Shown here: in pieces, positions 11,261 to 16,392 of the stretch
Layout: every line of letters starts with the position of its first letter
Numbering within the stretch: the stretch's first letter is position 1
DNA from: Eledone cirrhosa
Lineage: Eukaryota
Reading direction: 5' to 3'
NCBI GenBank assembly: GCA_964016885.1
Contig: CAXHJY010000923.1
Coordinates: 1 to 16,392, forward strand
DNA: 16,392 bases
Program-made: the position numbers and the translations under genes
Notes under the pieces: generated by a model
What the model was told of the DNA's origin: nothing
What the model saw: only the letters and a program-made list of their open reading frames with translations
The model's database searches: none

Positions 11261-11442
11261 GTGGATTGGCAGTATCGCTAGAGGCGTCGGACGTCATACT
11301 TTGACGCATAGAGTTACGGCCCTTGCCATTCTGAGTTCAAATCCCGCCGAGGTTAACTTTGCCTTTCATCCTAACGGGGTCGATAAAATAAAGTAAAAGT
11401 AATTTCTGGGTTATTACTTGTGCCAAAAGTAGATACAATTAT
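11261..11442 (+). mobile_element. SINE, same family, near full-length, plus orientation
   Basis: A box TGGCAGTATCGC at 11267, B box GAGTTCAAATCCC at 11333-11345, then GCCTTTCATCCTAACGGGGTCGATAAAATAAAGT. Inserted in a TA microsatellite. Confidence 0.85.
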
Positions 11443-11605
11443 ATATTATATATATATGTTATATATTATATATATATTATATATATATTATATATATAAT
11501 ATATGGTGTCAGAGCCTTGGGACATATTATTTATATATATATATTATATATATATATAATATATATTATATATATAATATAAGGTATCAGAGCCTTGGGA
11601 CATCC

Positions 11606-11688
<83 letters not shown>

Positions 11689-11878
11689 ATATGTATATAT
11701 GTACATCTATATATCTAAGGATTATACCAGTTTTGCAGCAGAGTACTTAATATTTCGGATAGTAAAGTGTAGATAAAGTGGAGAGTCCGGGCACGACGAC
11801 TAAGCTCTTGTCGTTCCGACACCAAATGGCATATATGTCAGCCGTTATACTTTAACACCTGTTTAATTTTTGTGTAAA

Positions 11879-11920
<42 letters not shown>

Positions 11921-11991
11921 GGCTCCTTTGAGCAGGTCAGGTGAAAGTCAACAGTAACTATTTTAGACATAATAAATGAATATATATATAT

Positions 11992-12022
<31 letters not shown>

Positions 12023-12030
<8 letters not shown>

Positions 12031-12180
12031 CTTACATATACATTCATATATATATATATATGCATATATACAGACTCACATATATATTCATATATATATA
12101 TGCATATATACAAACTAACATGTATTCATATATATATATATATATGCCTATATACAGACAGACATATATATTCATATATA

Positions 12181-12256
<76 letters not shown>

Positions 12257-12531
12257 TATTAATGTATCCGTTGAAAATTGAAAAAGTCAGAGGAATGAAG
12301 AGTTCTCTATGTAAGTTACAGAGCTAAATAGTATAATTACCTCATTACCTGAGGTTTCCCGAATAAGACGAATACAAATTAAATTGCTTTGTATTCGTCT
12401 TATTCGGGAAACCTCTGGAAATGAGCTAATTATATATGCCTATATACAGACATACATATACATATTCATATATGCCTATGTACAGACATAATATATATAT
12501 TCATATATATATATATATGCTTATCTACATT

Positions 12532-12562
<31 letters not shown>

Positions 12563-12589
12563 GCCTATCTACATACATACATATATATA

Positions 12590-12600
<11 letters not shown>
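12023..12600. repeat. Degenerate minisatellite of about 40 bp (ATGCCTATATACAGAC...ATTCATATAT), interrupted by a unique insert at about 12254-12434
   Basis: The unit recurs at least four times before and at least three times after the hairpin-bearing insert. Confidence 0.75.
12332..12434. repeat. Long hairpin/palindrome: 47-bp arms, 9-nt loop
   Basis: 12332-12378 pairs with 12388-12434. The inner 28 bp are perfect and there are 3 mismatches in the outer part. Confidence 0.92.
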
Positions 12601-12658
<58 letters not shown>

Positions 12659-12675
12659 GTATATGTATATACATA

Positions 12676-13100
12676 CAGAGTGACTAAAGCAAAACCGGCT
12701 CCTCGCACTGTATATTAATTTGCTAACCAATTAACCTCAAATTTCGGGTCATTGTGTTACAATCTCTGAAATGAGAAGACTCCCAAAGTATTTTCAGTGT
12801 CTAATAATACACAGGAGATCCTTCAAATCCAAGATGCAAAAGTGGGTGAAGCTGTTTGAGATATATGGAACAGTGAAGAACTGTAATACCATGTCTGTGA
12901 CCGACACTGGACGATACAAGTGTACACAGGAAGTTATTGTTATGGTATTCACAAAAGATTACTGCAGCTGAGAAGTCCACCAGAAAGGCTATAGCTGGAA
13001 AATGCTGGAAATGTATAACACAAAATTTTCCGAAACAACCTCAGAGGAAGCCCTCTTTAATTTAAAAGAAAAGATCCGCGAGGTCATAGTATCCCACTGA
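12676..13100 (+). mobile_element. Internally deleted Tc1/mariner-family DNA transposon remnant
   Basis: Starts TA|CAGAGTG (mariner-like end). ORF 12771-12971 contains KSKMQKWVKLFEIYGTVKN...TGR, like a transposase N-terminal HTH. KIFRNN at 13022 and LFNLKEKIREVIVS at 13053 resemble the transposase C-terminus. No DDD/E core or right TIR was found. Confidence 0.5.
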
Positions 13101-13319
13101 AATGGCTCTGAAACCTCTCAGTCTGATCTATTTGTCTTCTAGGCTGCCATTTCTGTGAGAATGTTTATTGGCTCATATATACATATGAGATGGCTGCAAA
13201 TCTATTTCGGGTAATGATATCGCTTAACACATAAGCATGAGCAGCATGGACATGTATTTTTTCTCATACTAAGGACTTACCATACGGCCCGCCATGCGAT
13301 GCATCGCAAAATATGCCGC

Positions 13320-13487
13320 ATATAAAGCAATGCCTGAGCTTGAAGCTTTTTAAGTGGGGAAAAGCTTTGCACAGAGCCAATACCACTCTCAGAAAATCGA
13401 ATGCATTTCCCCACAAAAAAGACGATGTCTACATCATTGGATGCAAATGAAGGCGAAGGATTTATTGCAGAGTGACCTTCTCCTAGA
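13320..13487 (-). mobile_element. Dispersed repeat copy C, older diverged relative of copy B
   Basis: Collinear blocks shared with 14214-14381: ATATAAAGCAATGCCTG, TGAAGCTTTT, TGCACA.AGCCA, CCACTCTC, ACATCATTGGAT, CCTTCTCCTAGA. Confidence 0.65.
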
Positions 13488-13571
13488 GAGTTCTCTTAAT
13501 AAAAAAAATATGTATGTATATTTAAATATATATATATGTGTGTGTGTGTGTATTTTTGCATATATATTTAA

Positions 13572-13810
13572 GAGGATCTGCATGGTGTCGACGTGGATGT
13601 TTTCAAGAAACAACTTGACAAACTGCCATCCAGGATTCCCAATGAGCCCACAGCACGGTACGAAGGTAACCTAAGTGCAGCATCAAGGAACTCCCTCTTA
13701 CACCAATGTCCAGCCAATACAGGCTGGAAATAGAACATGTATCAACAAGGGCGGTGCACCAGCTTGACCTCAGCCGGATGGTTAGAACAGGGAAAAGAGT
13801 AAAAGAAAAT
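13572..13810 (+). mobile_element. 5'-truncated CR1-group LINE: ORF2 C-terminus plus 3' tail
   Basis: 13572-13733 translates EDLHGVDVDVFKKQLDKLPSRIPNEPTARYEGNLSAASRNSLLHQCPANTGWK*, resembling the FKxxLDxxLxxxPDEP...SNSL end of CR1-type ORF2. It is followed by GGCGGTGCACCAGC and an AAAAGAGTAAAAGA tail. Confidence 0.7.
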
Positions 13811-13909
13811 ATGTGTGTACATATATATACAATATTGTTCAAGGGAGAAGAATTTATCGCGTTTTTTACACACACACACATACACATACATATATATATA
13901 TGTATATAT

Positions 13910-13962
<53 letters not shown>

Positions 13963-14010
13963 TATATATATACACACACACAGATATATATATATATATA
14001 TATATATATG

Positions 14011-14423
14011 GTGGCTGCCAACTCGTTTTCGAGTACGGCCACTACTTTATATCCATGTAGGAGAACCCCTACCGATGCGCTGAACGAGTGTGACTTTTTA
14101 GTCTAGCCAGAGACTTGAAAACTCTGGTACAAACACTACACCTGTGACAATTATTGACACATAGTGCTGGGCCCATGGTACCATGTGACGACAAGTGCAG
14201 AGAGATCTCCAGATATAAAGCAATGCCTGTGCAGTGAAGCTTTTATAGTGAGCAAAGGCACTGCACAAAGCCAGTCCCACTCTCTTAACCAAGATGATAT
14301 TTACCCAAAAGAAGAACAAGTCAACATCATTGGATACCATCAGGGTTGCAGGTGTTATATCAGAGTTTTCCTTCTCCTAGAATTCTGCCTTGACAAAGGC
14401 TAAGGGGTCATCTCTCCCGGTGA
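14011..14423 (-). mobile_element. Dispersed repeat copy B (RTE-LINE 5'-UTR-like), longer copy
   Basis: Contains copy A plus about 120 bp whose minus strand reads AAGGCAGAATTCTAGGAGAAGGAAAACTCTGAT, resembling the GGCAACCAGTCTAGGAGAAGGAAAACTCTG motif I recall from RTE-clade 5' UTRs. The family call is from memory. Confidence 0.65.
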
Positions 14424-14424
14424 T

Positions 14425-14660
14425 TTATATATATATACACACACACATATATATATATACATACATATATATATACACACACATATATATATACATACAT
14501 ATATATATATATATATACATACATATATATACATATATATACATACATATATATATACACACACACATATATATATACATACATATATATATATATACAT
14601 ACATATATATACATATATATATATACATATATATACATATATATATATACATATATATAC

Positions 14661-14691
<31 letters not shown>

Positions 14692-14755
14692 CATACATAC
14701 TATATATATACATATATATATATACATATATATATATATACATACATATATATAC

Positions 14756-14839
<84 letters not shown>

Positions 14840-14846
14840 ATACATA

Positions 14847-14886
<40 letters not shown>

Positions 14887-15056
14887 CATACACATATATA
14901 TACATACATATACATATATACATACATATGCATACATACATACATATACATATATACATACATATACATATACATATACACATACATATACATATACACA
15001 TACACACACACATACATACATACATACATACATACATACATACATACATACATACA

Positions 15057-15103
<47 letters not shown>
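14425..15103. repeat. (TA)n/(TACA)n array grading into (CATA)n
   Basis: Directly visible. Confidence 0.95.
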
Positions 15104-15234
15104 TTCAAATTCAAGTATTGACAATTTTGCCTTTCCTCGACTTGGGTGTCGTATGTATCATATCTCATGAGTACTTGGTTGATTTCTCAAATCAGCAATA
15201 TCATTGAGTTCAGAGTATTGTTGCTCAATTGATG

Positions 15235-15352
15235 CCGTGTGACCAAATGCCTCCTGTTGTTTCCCCAGTTCTTTTCCTTTCTGTGTTCAAACTCCGCCGA
15301 TTTCACTTAAGTCTTTTTTTTTTATTTCTTCATTGATAACATAAAATAAAAG
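15235..15352 (+). mobile_element. Decayed SINE fragment
   Basis: TTCTGTGTTCAAACTCCGCCGA resembles the B-box region TTCTGAGTTCAAATCCCGCCGA of the 11261 copy, followed by a degenerate core. Confidence 0.5.
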
Positions 15353-15519
15353 TTATGATGTGGTCAATATAATCAACATTTTTCTCCAAAGTTTTTGAGT
15401 TTGTTTCCTAATTAAAAGCCATTGTTACTAAATTATTTTTCTGTAATTTCCGTACATGTTGGTACTACGTATGTAGATGAAGTTAACAATCCCTTAAATA
15501 AAAATCTATATCTCTCCTA

Positions 15520-15910
15520 CAACCTAAAACGTCAAACCAAATTATAAAAAATAGAAAAGCGTATTAGACAGTGCACCAATAAGTCTGCTACCATTACTAC
15601 AACCGTCCCTGGTAGTCGGAGCTTGCTGGTCTTATGCCGTATCCACAGGGACACTTCAAACTCCCTCGTATCTTTCAACTGCCCTGTCATACATAAACCT
15701 ATTCTAGACATCACAAAGTCTATTAGGCGGAGCCTTTTCTGTCGGGAATATAAGCACTCTGAAATTAACTCCTTGTTAACGTAATTCCAATGGCATGGAA
15801 ATACAATGTAAGTGGAATAGATCCCGCCACAATCTCTCATAGTCTCGGAGGTCCTGTGAGCTATATGGACCCTGCACTATACACCCGACCCATTGTTTGA
15901 CATTGTAGAC
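15520..15910 (+). mobile_element. Decayed LINE (CR1/L2/Jockey group) ORF2 3' end
   Basis: The frame from 15586 reads CYHYYNRPW*SELAGLMP...L*N*LLVNVIP...KYNVSGID, resembling FYRYYNGxCSSEL...LWNSLPxxVFP...FKxNVN. Multiple in-frame stops. Boundaries approximate. Confidence 0.5.
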
Positions 15911-16084
15911 TTCTGAATTTACACAAAGACGCCGATGATCAAATTGGATCAGTAGATAAAGAACTTATCGATGCGCGTTGATCGGGTACTAAACAACATA
16001 AAATAAATACAAAAACAAACTTTCATCCAGAGAATTATTTAAAGGTTACGGTGAAGCTTAAACTGTTTCAATAGTTGTATGTAT

Positions 16085-16200
16085 AAGTATGGTTGTAGGA
16101 TTAATAATTTGACATAGTAAGCAAGTGTTTCGGGATTTATACGCACTGCGTGCAAACTTGAACGTGGGACTTCCGAAATTGCCTCGTATTGACTAAAGGA
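16085..16200 (+). mobile_element. Heavily decayed SINE of a different family
   Basis: CACTGCGTGCAAACTTG...CTTCCGAAATTGCCTCG...GACTAAAG resembles a common octopus tRNA-SINE as I recall it. There is no second copy in the window to compare. Confidence 0.3.
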
Positions 16201-16392
16201 AGTGTTTCGAAAATTCTTTATCAATACATATATATACACATACATATATATATATATGGTTGAATAAATACAGACACACATACACACACATATATATAGT
16301 AAAATGTTTGACCCCTACGGCAGAGCTCAAGCCATTTCAACGGCTATTTATGGACACCATCTGGTTCCTTACCACACTTCCTTCGTTATATA

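Noticed and set aside
11261-11350. tRNA gene (A and B boxes present)
   Set aside because: No acceptor stem or cloverleaf could be formed, and it runs directly into the SINE body.
11783-11845. Small hairpin ACGACGA/TTGTCGT and a hammerhead-like motif order on the minus strand
   Set aside because: Short stems and non-canonical cores (CUGACAUA, GGAA); compatible with chance.
13295-13308. Perfect 14-bp palindrome TGCGATGCATCGCA
   Set aside because: A single short palindrome is not unexpected in 16 kb and has no supporting context.
15532-15840. 102-aa minus-strand ORF
   Set aside because: Antisense to a stop-riddled LINE ORF2 remnant on the plus strand; no independent coding evidence.

Overview
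AT-rich eukaryotic DNA, probably intronic or intergenic. Roughly half is (TA)n, (CATA)n, (CA)n or (GA)n microsatellite, which explains almost every ORF in the supplied track (Y/I/H/T/C/V/M runs). The interspersed repeats resemble those I recall from octopus genomes, so a cephalopod origin is inferred but not verified. The unique-looking islands are mostly transposon debris: five related tRNA-derived SINE copies plus decayed ones, two CR1/L2-group LINE 3' ends, three copies of an RTE-like 5'-UTR segment, a decayed Tc1/mariner element and an old dispersed repeat. One GC-rich island at about 9048-9200 follows a good splice acceptor and may be a host exon. The most notable structure is a 147-bp inverted repeat (10617-11009) in which each arm folds as a type I hammerhead ribozyme with a palindromic stem III. 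The minus-strand copy has an intact core and the plus-strand copy has GAAA>GUAA, an architecture typical of Penelope-like element pseudo-LTRs. A separate 47-bp-arm hairpin and a pair of interleaved short inverted repeats are also present. No complete protein-coding gene is visible.
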